From the NCBI GenBank assembly GCA_965216785.1, contig OZ244197.1, positions 1,824,001 through 1,888,000 of the forward strand: a stretch of DNA of 64,000 nt. The letters run 5' to 3'. Source of the stretch: Thermodesulfobacteriota bacterium. GTDB taxonomy: Bacteria > Desulfobacterota_D > UBA1144 > Nemesobacterales > UBA2774. Below the pieces are notes generated by a model. It was not told where the DNA came from. It saw only the letters and a program-made list of their open reading frames with translations, and did not search any database. Below, piece after piece: positions 39,677 through 49,766 of the stretch. The number at the start of each line of letters is the position of its first letter. Position 1 is the stretch's first letter. A program made the position numbers and the translations under genes.

Positions 39677-40441
39677 ATGAAACATTTAATTGTATCGATA
39701 TTCTTAGTATCCGCGCTCATGATATCCTGCGGTGCTAAAAATTCAGAGCCCGATGTGGATAAGGAGAAGCTCTACCAAGACCAGAAGTCGCTTGCGGTGG
39801 CTTCGCTGCGCCGCGGCAATTTTCAGCAGGCAATGAAGGAGATAGATGAGGCCCAAGCGCTCCATGAAAAAGAAGACCCTGAGATTTATCTCATAAGAGG
39901 GGCGATATATTTCGGTCTCAAGGATTATCCGGTCGCCGAATCCAACTATAAGAGGGCTCTTGAAATTAATCCTGGGTATTCGCAGGCGAGATTTAACCTA
40001 TGCGGGCTCTATTTAAAGGAAAGCAAATTCGACGCCGCAATCGCCGAGTGTAACAGAGTTGTTTCGGACCCTGTTTTTAATGCCAGAGAGAACGCGTATA
40101 CGACCATAGGACTTGCGTATTTCAATAAGGGCGACATAGCAAGCGCGCGGGATAACTATGAAAAGGCGCTTCAGATTAATCCCGCTTTCGTTTATGCGCA
40201 TAACGAGCTCGGTAAGCTCTACATGGCAACAGGCAGGGAAGGGGAGGCTATCGATGAGTTCAAGCTTGCGATTTCGGGTCTGCCCACTTATGAAGAGGCA
40301 TATTACAACCTAGGACTTGCTTACCTCAAAGTTGACGATAAGGAAAACGCGTGCCAATCGTTTGCCGAAGTTGTAAGGCTGTCTCCGAACTCTGAGTTCG
40401 GAATGAACTCCAACCGTTATCTGTCCTCAGTTTGTAAGTGA
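39677..40441 (+). CDS. TPR lipoprotein (PilF/PilW/Tgl-like)
   Basis: ATG 39677, lipobox MISC, about 6 TPRs. Confidence 0.75.
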   Translation: MKHLIVSIFLVSALMISCGAKNSEPDVDKEKLYQDQKSLAVASLRRGNFQQAMKEIDEAQALHEKEDPEIYLIRGAIYFGLKDYPVAESNYKRALEINPGYSQARFNLCGLYLKESKFDAAIAECNRVVSDPVFNARENAYTTIGLAYFNKGDIASARDNYEKALQINPAFVYAHNELGKLYMATGREGEAIDEFKLAISGLPTYEEAYYNLGLAYLKVDDKENACQSFAEVVRLSPNSEFGMNSNRYLSSVCK

Positions 40442-40474
40442 TTTTCGGCCCCGCGGGAGCCAAAGACATTCCTG

Positions 40475-41932
40475 CTAATAACCCTTTTTAATTTTCCCGG
40501 CAAGTGAAGTAGTGGAGATTCCTTTTACGAGGGGAATAATTTTTACCGTACCGCCCGCTTTTTCTACGAACGTGCTTCCGACAACGTCGCCTGCTTTATA
40601 ATCGCCGCCTTTTACCAATATGTCAGGTCTTAGTTTCTTTATCAGATTAAGAGGGGTTTGTTCATTAAAAACCGTAAGATACGAAACACAGTCAAGAGCC
40701 GTGAGCAGCTGTGCGCGCTCTTCCTCTGAGACAAACGGACGTCCACGACCCTTGAGCTTTTTCACAGAGCTGTCGCTGTTTATTGCCACTACTAGCACGT
40801 CGCCCAGGCCCGCTGCCTCGGTCAGGAGCTTTAAATGCCCGGTGTGAAAGAGATCGAAGCATCCGTTTGTAAATACCACTCTATCTCCCCTGGTTCTGTG
40901 CGAGGCAAGCTTCTTGGCGAGCGCCTCAGGAGATTGTATCTTCGATTCCGATTTTCCCGGGTTTAATAAGTGCTCTGTTAATTCTCTGCTCTCCACCTGT
41001 GAAGCGCCCAGGTGCCCAACTGTAATACCGGCTGCGGCGTTGGCTATTTGTACGGATTCGCCGAGCGCTCCCGATGCGGCGTAAGCAAGAGTAAACGCGC
41101 TTACGACCGTGTCTCCCGCTCCGGTTACGTCGTATACCTCTTTGGCGTTAGAGTTAATCGTGACCGCTTTCCCGCCTTTCTTGCAGTAGGTAATACCATC
41201 ACGGCCCCGGGTAATCAGTACGCACCCTGCGCCTGTTTGTTTCAGGATGCTCTTAACCGCGGCGCTTAAAGTCCTTGCATCTGTTATTTTAGTGCCGCTT
41301 GCGGCCTCTGTCTCAGATTTATTGGGCGTAATAACGTCAGCACCCCGGTACTTCGTAAAGTCCTCTCCCTTTGGGTCTACAACGGTTAGTATTCCCTTTT
41401 TACGCGCGAGCTTTATAGTGTGTGAAATCACTTTTTGTGTAAGCGCCCCCTTGGCGTAGTCTGAGATTATAATAGCGTCCGGGGTATTGCCTGCTAAATA
41501 CTTGTCTATCTTGCCGATCATGGCGCTCTCGGTCTTGGAAGATATAGGCTCCTCGGCATCGTAGTCTACTCTAGCAATCTGTTGGTTAGAGGCCATGAGG
41601 CGGGTTTTCACGGTTGTTTTCACATAAGGGTCGCGAGTAACCCCGCTTGGGCTAATACCGGAGAGCTTGATCTCTTCTCTGAGCAGATCCCCCTGCGCGT
41701 CATTACCACAGACGCCGATCAAGCTTACTTTTGAGCCGAGTGCTTTTAAATTCAAAGATACGTTTGCGGCCCCTCCCGGAGATTGAAACTCCTCAGCTAC
41801 CTTTAGCACGGGTACGGGCGCTTCCGGAGATACCCGTTGTACGTCCCCCGTTACGTAGCGGTCCAGCATCAAATCCCCCACTACTAGTACTCGCAGTAAC
41901 TTGAATTTCTTTATTATGTCTGTAGTTTTCAT
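40475..41932 (-). CDS. hldE: Bifunctional heptose-7-phosphate kinase / heptose-1-phosphate adenylyltransferase
   Basis: VGDLMLD, SPEAPVP, DVTGAGD, FTNGCFDLFHTGH, KGGDY; start MKTTD at 41932. Confidence 0.95.
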   Translation of the reverse strand: MKTTDIIKKFKLLRVLVVGDLMLDRYVTGDVQRVSPEAPVPVLKVAEEFQSPGGAANVSLNLKALGSKVSLIGVCGNDAQGDLLREEIKLSGISPSGVTRDPYVKTTVKTRLMASNQQIARVDYDAEEPISSKTESAMIGKIDKYLAGNTPDAIIISDYAKGALTQKVISHTIKLARKKGILTVVDPKGEDFTKYRGADVITPNKSETEAASGTKITDARTLSAAVKSILKQTGAGCVLITRGRDGITYCKKGGKAVTINSNAKEVYDVTGAGDTVVSAFTLAYAASGALGESVQIANAAAGITVGHLGASQVESRELTEHLLNPGKSESKIQSPEALAKKLASHRTRGDRVVFTNGCFDLFHTGHLKLLTEAAGLGDVLVVAINSDSSVKKLKGRGRPFVSEEERAQLLTALDCVSYLTVFNEQTPLNLIKKLRPDILVKGGDYKAGDVVGSTFVEKAGGTVKIIPLVKGISTTSLAGKIKKGY

Positions 41933-42055
41933 ATTCTGAAGAGTATGTAAGTATTCGTCTATTCTCGGAAATTTATTTCTAATTATAATAGTGTTCCGTG
42001 GTTCTGTAAATCTTACTCTGTGCCCGGCGCTTAAAAGTGCGCTATAATTGTAGCT

Positions 42056-42775
42056 ATGATTGATCTCCATTGCCACTTACTACCTAATATAGACGACGGC
42101 TCCTGCAGCTGGGAAGAGAGTCTCGACATGGTGCGTATGGCCCATGATGACGGGATTAAAGGGATAGTTACCACTCCTCACTGGATCGAGGGTACTAACT
42201 GGCAACCCGAAACAGGGGTGGTCAGAGATATGGTCGCTCAGATGAACCAAAGGATCGAGGATGCGGGGATGGATTTTAAGGTTTACTCCGGGATGGAGGT
42301 CGGGATTACGGCTAATTTAACAGGGCTTATTGAAAAAGACCGTATATTGACATTGGCTGAGGGAGATTACCTTCTCTTAGAGGTTCCGTTTCATTCGCTG
42401 CCGCTCGGGATAACCGAAATAATCTCTCAGCTCCGCTCGATAGATAAATGGGCGGTGCTCGCTCACCCGGAAAGAAACAGGGAGCTTCAGCAAAAACCCA
42501 AGAAGATTAAGGAATTTGTGGACGCGGGGGCTCTGGTACAAGTAACCGCGGGCAGTCTTGCCGGGGAGTTCGGGCAGAATGCCAGAAGGTGCGCGATTGA
42601 CTTTGCCAAGATGGACGCGCTGGACTTTGTTTCAACCGACGCTCATTCCGTTAGGTATAGAAAGCCGATAATTTCCGAAGGCCTGAAAGCGCTTGAGAAA
42701 GCGGTCGGTAAAGATAAGGTGGACTCGGTAACAGACGCGAGCTATAAGGTTGTGAATCTCGCCAGGCAGTCCTGA
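42056..42775 (+). CDS. CpsB/CapC (PHP) tyrosine phosphatase
   Basis: DLHCH..P..DDG, TPH, AHPER, STDAH. Confidence 0.92.
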   Translation: MIDLHCHLLPNIDDGSCSWEESLDMVRMAHDDGIKGIVTTPHWIEGTNWQPETGVVRDMVAQMNQRIEDAGMDFKVYSGMEVGITANLTGLIEKDRILTLAEGDYLLLEVPFHSLPLGITEIISQLRSIDKWAVLAHPERNRELQQKPKKIKEFVDAGALVQVTAGSLAGEFGQNARRCAIDFAKMDALDFVSTDAHSVRYRKPIISEGLKALEKAVGKDKVDSVTDASYKVVNLARQS

Positions 42776-42785
42776 AAACAGCCGG

Positions 42786-43079
42786 CTAGCCATCTTTCTG
42801 CGAGTTCTGCATAAACTTCATTCTGAGATTATACAGGATATCCTCAAGAAGCTTCTTTTCAGTATCGTCCAGGTTGCCTTGAGTTTTGTCCTCGATTATT
42901 TCGAGTATCTCAATCGTGTGCTTGGCCGCCGGGAGGTTGACGCTTCTTTCCATGCTGTGAGGGTCCGGAATCTCTCCCATGTGGATCATCGAGGAGGCGT
43001 TAAGGGATAAGATAAATGCGGAAAAGTCCATTTGTAACTCTCCGGACTGTTTTGCGCTCTCTTTTTGTTCTTCACTCAT
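42786..43079 (-). CDS. DUF1844 family protein
   Basis: MGEIPDP, AKHTI..L..I.DKTQGNL. Confidence 0.85.
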   Translation of the reverse strand: MSEEQKESAKQSGELQMDFSAFILSLNASSMIHMGEIPDPHSMERSVNLPAAKHTIEILEIIEDKTQGNLDDTEKKLLEDILYNLRMKFMQNSQKDG

Positions 43080-43194
43080 ATTGGTACTGACCTCCTGTTA
43101 AATCTTGCGTCTGATTTGTGAATTGCCGCATAATCTGCCGGGCTTTTCAATTATAGATTTGAACCCGGCTTACTGCAAGTCCGCGGCGGGAAAA

Positions 43195-44184
43195 TCACTT
43201 CATATATTTATTTAAGTCCGATCTCGGGTTATAGGGGCTTGAGTCCGCCAGCTCTTCAAATTTCTTGCGTTCTTTTTCCTCTATCTTGTCCGGCATAACT
43301 ATTTTTATCTCGACGTACTGATCGCCTCTGCGCCTGGTCTTTAGATTCGGCACACCCTTGCCTTTAAGTCTTAGCTTGGTGCCGCTCTGCACAGCCTTGG
43401 GTATAGAGACTTTAGCGGTGCCGTCTATTGTTGGTACGTCTATATTCTCCCCGAGCGCCGCTTCGTAGATTGTCACCGGGACTTCAACGTAAATATCGTC
43501 GTTATCTCTCTTAAACAGGGAATGGGGTTTTACCTTGATTCTAAGATACAGGTCTCCTTTCGAGCGCCCCGAGCTCTCGCCCTTACCCTGTACCCTGATC
43601 TTAGATCCGTTATCCACTCCGGCGGGTATCTTAACAGACAGTTTTTCGGTTGTTACCTTCCCGTTTCGCTGACGGCTGATCGATATATCCCGCACGCCGC
43701 CTCTTATGGCAGTCTCGAAATCGATTTCGATCTGATATTCGAGATCACGGCCCTTCCTCGGAGCGTCTCTGCCTGTGCTGCTGAATATGTCTCTGAATGA
43801 TTCTCCGCGGCTCCTGCCGTGTCTTGCGCGGCCGCCGAAACCAAAGATATCTTTGAATATGTCTTCAAAACCCGGGAAGTCCTGTGAGTTATAGCTGTAT
43901 TCGTAGCTGCCTTGCTGCTCGCCGGCCCGTCTCCACGTGGTCCTGCCTCCCGGCCTGAACTCAGCGCTTCCGAACATGTCGTAGGCCTTTCTCTTTTCGT
44001 CGTCCGAGAGTACCTCGTGGGCTTCCTGGATCTCTTTAAACTTTTCCTCTGCCGACTTGTCGTCGGGGTTATGGTCGGGGTGGTACTTCCTCGCAAGGCT
44101 CCTGTAGGCCTTTTTAATCTCGTCCTTTGTCGAGGTCTTCGATACACCGAGTATCTTGTAATAATCTTTTGTCGTAGTCGCCAT
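43195..44184 (-). CDS. DnaJ-class co-chaperone lacking the Zn finger (CbpA-like)
   Basis: J-domain HPD, G/F region, DnaJ C-terminal domain; no CxxCxGxG. Confidence 0.92.
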   Translation of the reverse strand: MATTTKDYYKILGVSKTSTKDEIKKAYRSLARKYHPDHNPDDKSAEEKFKEIQEAHEVLSDDEKRKAYDMFGSAEFRPGGRTTWRRAGEQQGSYEYSYNSQDFPGFEDIFKDIFGFGGRARHGRSRGESFRDIFSSTGRDAPRKGRDLEYQIEIDFETAIRGGVRDISISRQRNGKVTTEKLSVKIPAGVDNGSKIRVQGKGESSGRSKGDLYLRIKVKPHSLFKRDNDDIYVEVPVTIYEAALGENIDVPTIDGTAKVSIPKAVQSGTKLRLKGKGVPNLKTRRRGDQYVEIKIVMPDKIEEKERKKFEELADSSPYNPRSDLNKYMK

Positions 44185-44292
44185 TATTTTCTTTTACTTG
44201 GAATCTCTTTTACGTGATTATATTTCTTAGTACCTATAATTATAAGATAATAATCCCTAGTACGGGAACAAGAAAATTATAACCGGATTTGT

Positions 44293-45363
44293 CTATTTAG
44301 CTGAATCGATGTTGCTTAATATACTATCTGCTATTTCCATAAACGCCTTGGCCGCTGTACTCTCCGGGTGTGATTCTACGATGGGAACGCCCTGGTCCCC
44401 GCCTATTCTGATCTGCGGGTCAATGGGGATTTCCCCCAAAAACGGTACTTCGAACTTCTCCGCCATGCGTCTGCCGCCGCCCCTGCCGAAAATGTCCAGC
44501 GGCTCTGCTCCCTCTGGCTGCTCCAGGTAGCTCATGTTTTCTACAATCCCGAATATGGGGACGTTGAGCTTGCGGAACATCTGCACGCCGCGGCGTACGT
44601 CTATGAGCGCCACGTCCTGGGGGGTGGTTACGATTACGCCTCCGGACAGCGGAGCTGTCTGAACGAGTGATAGCTGAGCGTCTCCGGTGCCCGGCGGGAG
44701 GTCGATTACCAGATAGTCGGTCTCCTTCCACTCCACGTCTTCGATGAACTGTTTTATCGCTCCGTGCACCATGGGGCCCCGCCATATGACAGTTTCGTCC
44801 TCGTTTACTAAAAACCCTATGGACATAAGCTCCATTCCATGTTTTTTAAGCGGGATAATCTTGTTCTCTTCAGTCGCGTGAGGCCTTTCCTTTGTGCCAA
44901 GCATAGTGGGCAGGCTCGGCCCCCAGATGTCAGCGTCCATCAGGCCTACTTTGTCCCTTTTCTTAGCCATGGCTATGGCCAGGTTTACTGCCACGGTGGA
45001 CTTGCCTACGCCGCCTTTTCCGCTTGCTACCGCGATGTAGTGCTTTATATCGGGAAGTTTCGCCTTTTCCTGTGCCTTAGCTTGCGCGCTGCCTTGCGCC
45101 GGCGGGGTTTTCGGGGGACGCGCGCTAATTTGCACGTCTACTCCGTTTACGCCCGCGGTCTCGAGCACCGCTTTTGTGGCCGATTCCCGTATCTGCGCTT
45201 CAAGCTCGGGGTCCGGCTTTGGCAGGACCAAAGATAAAGCGACCTTTGCGTCCTCACTGATATTTATGTCTTTTACTATTCCGAAAGATACTATATCTCT
45301 TGTAAACCCGGGGTACTTTACGCCTTTTAGCGCGGCCCGGATATTCTCTTCTTTAAGCTCCAT
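44293..45363 (-). CDS. apbC: Mrp/ApbC/NBP35 Fe-S cluster carrier ATPase
   Basis: N-terminal DUF59, SGKGGVGKST, DLPPGTGD, ENMS. Confidence 0.9.
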   Translation of the reverse strand: MELKEENIRAALKGVKYPGFTRDIVSFGIVKDINISEDAKVALSLVLPKPDPELEAQIRESATKAVLETAGVNGVDVQISARPPKTPPAQGSAQAKAQEKAKLPDIKHYIAVASGKGGVGKSTVAVNLAIAMAKKRDKVGLMDADIWGPSLPTMLGTKERPHATEENKIIPLKKHGMELMSIGFLVNEDETVIWRGPMVHGAIKQFIEDVEWKETDYLVIDLPPGTGDAQLSLVQTAPLSGGVIVTTPQDVALIDVRRGVQMFRKLNVPIFGIVENMSYLEQPEGAEPLDIFGRGGGRRMAEKFEVPFLGEIPIDPQIRIGGDQGVPIVESHPESTAAKAFMEIADSILSNIDSAK

Positions 45364-45407
45364 GTTGAGTTAGAATTCTCCCTTAGGTTATTTCAAGTTT
45401 GTGCTTT

Positions 45408-45821
45408 TTAAGAAATACCAAGCTTCTCTCTTGCTTCATCGGACATCATGTCCGGGTTCCATGGCGGGTCCCAGACTACTTCCACAAGGACGTTGTCGGC
45501 CCCAGCTCCTCTGACCGCATCCTCCGCCTGCTGGGCTATCATGGCGCCCATTCCGCAGCCCGGAGTGGTGAGCGTCATCTTTATGTTGACGTTTGAGCCA
45601 GAAGAAATGATTACGTCGTAAATGAGCCCCAGGTCAACGATGCTGACCGGGATTTCGGGGTCGTAGACCTCTTTTAACGAGGCATAGACTATATCCTGGG
45701 TAAGCTCAACGCCAGAGGGCTCTTTTTTCTCCGTTTTCTCGATTTTCTTGAAAGATACGCCCTGGCCCGCTGTATTCTCAGGCTCGTCTTTTTTAATGCT
45801 GATGATTTTTTTCATTCCCAT
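45408..45821 (-). CDS. DUF59 / SufT-like Fe-S maturation protein
   Basis: YDPEIPVSIVDLGL, TLTTPGC, WDPPW. Confidence 0.9.
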   Translation of the reverse strand: MGMKKIISIKKDEPENTAGQGVSFKKIEKTEKKEPSGVELTQDIVYASLKEVYDPEIPVSIVDLGLIYDVIISSGSNVNIKMTLTTPGCGMGAMIAQQAEDAVRGAGADNVLVEVVWDPPWNPDMMSDEAREKLGIS

Positions 45822-45985
45822 TACTCTTTCTCCTGTGAATCTCCCTCTTTGATAACACGGGTTTTTTCAATATTTTCGATATGTAGTATACCGGACAATT
45901 TAAATAGTTAGGAGTCTTAAAGAGTTATTTTGAGCGGGGAATTTAATTTAAACGGGGGGAGGTGTCAAGGAGGGGGACATAGATT

Positions 45986-46268
45986 CCTTCCCCCTTGACG
46001 GGGGAAGGTAAGGATGGGGTGATTTTATCCCCCTCACCTTTAATCCTCTCCCACCCTGGTGGAAGTGCCGCCACCACTTCGGCGCGTTTCTTCACCTACA
46101 CCTTCAAAATATGAAGGGGTAGGTGTTCAATTTTTGAAGGAGGGGCTTCAAAATTTGAACCCTAAGGAATACAGAGATAAGGAAAACACAGCCAAGGAAG
46201 ACACAGAAAAGAAAGTAACTCGCAAAAAACGCGTGGAAGAAGCTTGCCCGGGGCGAGGCCCGGAATGA
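45986..46268. repeat. Cluster of REP-like inverted repeats/hairpins
   Basis: CCTTCCCCC-TTGAC-GGGGGAAGG (45986-46008), GAAGTG..CACTTC (46062-46080), 14-bp stem 46093-46125, 15-bp stem 46125-46160. Confidence 0.7.
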
Positions 46269-47015
46269 CTATAACAAATCTTCTGAGCGGTTCCACAGCC
46301 ACAGTGTGGTTGCAACGGTTGGAATAAACATGAACCACGTTCCATATAGACCGATCGCGAACCCTGCAAACGGGGCGGGCAGCAGTGCTCCCACGGCCAT
46401 TGTCAGAACCAACACCCCGAGGGGCGACACAATGATGTACCAGCGCGGGTACAATGTCCGCCCGCTCAGGATTCCAACGCCATGCCAAACTGAGCCTATG
46501 TAAAAAGCCAATTCCGCCGTTAAATCTCCCATGAAAAAATGATTGACAATTAAACGGTTGGCCGTTTCATAAAATAAAGCGTCAGTAGAGCCTACCAGGG
46601 CTTTTGCCTGCGCCAGCACGCTCAGGAACGCAAACCCGGCGTGTTGTATGCCTCCGATCATAAGAAGTGCATAAGCAAGTATTACGCAAGGCACGGCGGC
46701 GAGCCAAAACCCGGCGCGTCTCATGCCGATCCACCAGTGGTAATACGACAAGGTGTAAATGGGGTAGAGCCAGCCTGCTGTTTGCGCCATCATTATCATC
46801 CAGTGAGGGCGGTTGCCAGCGGTGCTAATCAGGTCCCATGCCGCGGGAGAAAAGTAATCAAGACCGCTGAGCGTGGGAGAAAAGTAATCAAGACCGCTGA
46901 GCGTGGGAGAATAGGCATAAATAAAGTCACACACGCCGTTCCAGAGTATGAGTATGGAAATGATAACGCCTATGAGCCGGAGACGATCTCTGAGAGCATT
47001 ACTTTGTGCCGTCAT
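46269..47015 (-). CDS. Polytopic hypothetical membrane protein with internal 10-aa duplication
   Basis: About 6 TM; SPTLSGLDYF repeated twice. Confidence 0.7.
   Translation of the reverse strand: MTAQSNALRDRLRLIGVIISILILWNGVCDFIYAYSPTLSGLDYFSPTLSGLDYFSPAAWDLISTAGNRPHWMIMMAQTAGWLYPIYTLSYYHWWIGMRRAGFWLAAVPCVILAYALLMIGGIQHAGFAFLSVLAQAKALVGSTDALFYETANRLIVNHFFMGDLTAELAFYIGSVWHGVGILSGRTLYPRWYIIVSPLGVLVLTMAVGALLPAPFAGFAIGLYGTWFMFIPTVATTLWLWNRSEDLL
46845..46911. repeat. Perfect in-frame 30-bp tandem duplication (about 2.2 copies)
   Basis: GGGAGAAAAGTAATCAAGACCGCTGAGCGT x2 plus GGGAGAA. Confidence 0.95.
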
Positions 47016-47200
47016 TTATTTACAGCTCCATGTTTTTTATATCTAGTTAGTACTTGAATTATAACACCCAAACTCTCAAGGAGGATCGAAGGTTTAAACA
47101 CACCTTGAAACATCCGCCGGCTATTGTATATTTACAGCCCAATAATCCAGGTCATAAATATTCAGATTTTCAGCATCTATAACACAGGTAAAACAGCCAC

Positions 47201-48784
47201 ATGGAATCGCTCTTAAGCGGAAATCTCTCACTCGTAATCTTCTTCCCGCTCATCGGGATACCACTCATCGTACTTTTTTCATACATTTTCGAGGACTCTG
47301 TCGAGGAAATGAAGTGGCTCGCTTTGGGTGTGACACTGATAGAGTTCATAATTTCCCTCCCGCTATTCATAAGCTTTGAGACCGGCAGCGCGGCGATGCA
47401 GTTCGTAACCAAAATCCCCTGGATCGAGAGCCTCGGCATCAGCTATCACGTGGGGATTGACGGCATAAGCCTATTTTTAGTGCTCCTAACGACGTTTATT
47501 ATGCCCATCACCGTGCTCAGCGCTTGGAACGCTGTAGAAAAGGGTATGCGCGAATTCCTCATGCTGATGCTGCTTCTCGAATCTGCCCTAATAGGTACGT
47601 TCCTTGCCTTAGATATGGTCCTCTTTTTCATCTTCTGGGAGGCGGTGCTGATACCGATGTACTTTATAATCGGCATATGGGGTACGGAGAGAAGGATTTA
47701 CGCCGCGGTGAAGTTCTTTATATACACTGCGTTTGGAAGCGCGCTCATGTTTATAGCTATTCTATATCTATTTTTCGCGCACCTTCAGCAGTTCGGCGTG
47801 CCATCGATGGACGTACTGGATTTCTATAAAGTTTCACTTCCGTTTGACGGCATACTCAGCCCTCAGGGGCTGGCGTTCCTTGCGTTTTTCCTTGCGTTTG
47901 CGATTAAAGTGCCCATGTTCCCGTTCCACACATGGCTGCCCGACGCTCACGTAGAGGCGCCTACGGCCGGCAGCGTGATACTTGCGGCGGTGCTCCTGAA
48001 GATGGGCACATACGGGTTCGTCAGGTTCCTTATGCCGTTTTTCCCTGAAGCAACGGTTGAGTATCTGCCGATACTCATTGCAATAGCCATAATTGGAATA
48101 ATCTACGGCGCGTTTGTCGCGTTCGCTCAAAAAGACCTGAAGAAACTAGTTGCGTACTCAAGCGTTAGCCACCTTGGGATGGTGATGCTCGGCATTTTCG
48201 TCCTTAACATTCAGGGCGTTCAGGGCGGGATTTATCAGATGATTAACCACGGGCTTTCTACAGGCGCATTATTCCTGATAGTCGGAATGATTTACGAGAG
48301 GCGGCACACGAAAAAGATCGCCGAGTTCGGCGGTATAGCCGCGGTGATGCCGATTTTCGCCGCGTTTTTCCTACTGGCGACTTTGTCATCAATAGGGCTT
48401 CCGCTCTTAAATGGTTTTGTAGGTGAGTTTCTGATTCTGCTTGGAGCTTTTGAATTTAACTACATATATGCCGTATTGGGAGCAACGGGAATAATACTAG
48501 GCGCGGTCTACATGCTCTGGGCATACCAGAAAGTTATGTTCGGGCCGCTTGATAAAGCCGCGAATAAACTGCTCTCGGACATTAACCTCAGAGAAATCTT
48601 GGTTCTCCTACCGCTCGCTATAATGATGTTTGTTATGGGTATCTATCCAAAGCCGTTCCTTGAGAGAATGGAGCCTTCTGTCCAGGCGCTGTTGGACAAT
48701 AAGTTCAGCAGTGAGGCTGTAGTTATCAAGCCTCAAGACGAGCGTCGATCTCAGGATCTATCTTATCTAATATCTCACGAATAA
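47201..48784 (+). CDS. nuoM: NADH-quinone oxidoreductase subunit M (stand-alone)
   Basis: GIDGIS, FWEAVLIPMY, PFHTWLPDAHVEAPTAGS, LVAYSSVSH, GFVGEF. Confidence 0.93.
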   Translation: MESLLSGNLSLVIFFPLIGIPLIVLFSYIFEDSVEEMKWLALGVTLIEFIISLPLFISFETGSAAMQFVTKIPWIESLGISYHVGIDGISLFLVLLTTFIMPITVLSAWNAVEKGMREFLMLMLLLESALIGTFLALDMVLFFIFWEAVLIPMYFIIGIWGTERRIYAAVKFFIYTAFGSALMFIAILYLFFAHLQQFGVPSMDVLDFYKVSLPFDGILSPQGLAFLAFFLAFAIKVPMFPFHTWLPDAHVEAPTAGSVILAAVLLKMGTYGFVRFLMPFFPEATVEYLPILIAIAIIGIIYGAFVAFAQKDLKKLVAYSSVSHLGMVMLGIFVLNIQGVQGGIYQMINHGLSTGALFLIVGMIYERRHTKKIAEFGGIAAVMPIFAAFFLLATLSSIGLPLLNGFVGEFLILLGAFEFNYIYAVLGATGIILGAVYMLWAYQKVMFGPLDKAANKLLSDINLREILVLLPLAIMMFVMGIYPKPFLERMEPSVQALLDNKFSSEAVVIKPQDERRSQDLSYLISHE

Positions 48785-49766
48785 CGTCGTCCTGTTTTAT
48801 CCCCTCGGCCTCGGCCCTGAAATTGAGCACCACTCTGTGCTTGAGCACAGCGGGGGCAATGGCTTTTACATCCTCTGTGGACGGAGTGTAACGGCCATCC
48901 AGCACCGCCCGCGCTTTCGCGCCCAGTATGAGATATTGAGAAGCCCTCGGGCCCACGCCGAAGTAAACACCCTGGCGGACAGATTCGGGTGTGTTAGGGT
49001 CGTCGGGTCTTGTGGCTCTCGCGACCTTCACGGCGTAAGAGGCCACGTGGTCTGACACAGGGACCCTGTGTACCAGCTCCTGGTAGGCGAGAATCTTTGT
49101 AGAGTCCAGGATTTTTTTAAGATCGGGTACATATGTCCCAGTCGTATTTTTAACTATCTCGACCTCTTCCTGATACGAAGGGTAGGAGACGTCTATCTGG
49201 AACATAAATCTGTCGAGCTCGGCCTCGGGCAGAGGGTAGGTGCCCTCCTGCTCGATAGGGTTTTGAGTGGCGAATACCAGAAACGGAGGGGCAATTGGAT
49301 AGGTCTCGCCCCCTACAGTGACTTTCTTTTCCTGCATGGCTTGAAGCAGAGCCGCCTGCGTCTTAGGTGAAGCCCTGTTTATCTCGTCGGCAAGCAGGAT
49401 ATTGCAGAAAATGGGGCCGTGTATGAACCTGAAGAATCTCGTATCCGATGAAGAGTCCTTCTCGAGCACCTCTGAACCTGTAATGTCAGAGGGCATGAGG
49501 TCAGGGGTGAACTGCACACGGTTGAATTTAAGACTCAATACGTCTGAAAGCGTGCTTACGAGTAGGGTCTTCGCGAGCCCCGGCACGCCTACGAATAGCG
49601 AGTGCCCTGAGGACATGAGCGATATCAATAGAAGCTCGATTACTTTGTCCTGACCCACTATGACTTTTCCTATTTCTGTCAGAACTTCCCCTTTAATCTC
49701 GGCAAGCTCCTTAACCAGCGCTACATCTTCATTGTTTACATTTTCACTCTGAATTTGGCTGCTCAT
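48726..49766 (-). CDS. MoxR-family AAA+ ATPase
   Basis: GVPGLAKT, QFTPDLMPSD, ADEINRA, TQNPIEQEGTYPLPEA. Confidence 0.95.
   Translation of the reverse strand: MSSQIQSENVNNEDVALVKELAEIKGEVLTEIGKVIVGQDKVIELLLISLMSSGHSLFVGVPGLAKTLLVSTLSDVLSLKFNRVQFTPDLMPSDITGSEVLEKDSSSDTRFFRFIHGPIFCNILLADEINRASPKTQAALLQAMQEKKVTVGGETYPIAPPFLVFATQNPIEQEGTYPLPEAELDRFMFQIDVSYPSYQEEVEIVKNTTGTYVPDLKKILDSTKILAYQELVHRVPVSDHVASYAVKVARATRPDDPNTPESVRQGVYFGVGPRASQYLILGAKARAVLDGRYTPSTEDVKAIAPAVLKHRVVLNFRAEAEGIKQDDVIREILDKIDPEIDARLEA

Noticed and set aside
41933-42076. N-terminal extension of HldE in the ORF track
   Set aside because: Overlaps the divergent phosphatase start; homology begins at MKTTD. Similar over-long starts were rejected for the ORFs at 4216, 11135, 16352, 38668, 39581 and 54468
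42056-42775. Capsule locus implied by the CpsB phosphatase
   Set aside because: No BY-kinase, Wza or glycosyltransferase genes nearby; it is an orphan
46059-46503. Short ORFs across the hairpin cluster
   Set aside because: No recognisable domains; better explained by repeats and the antisense of the membrane gene
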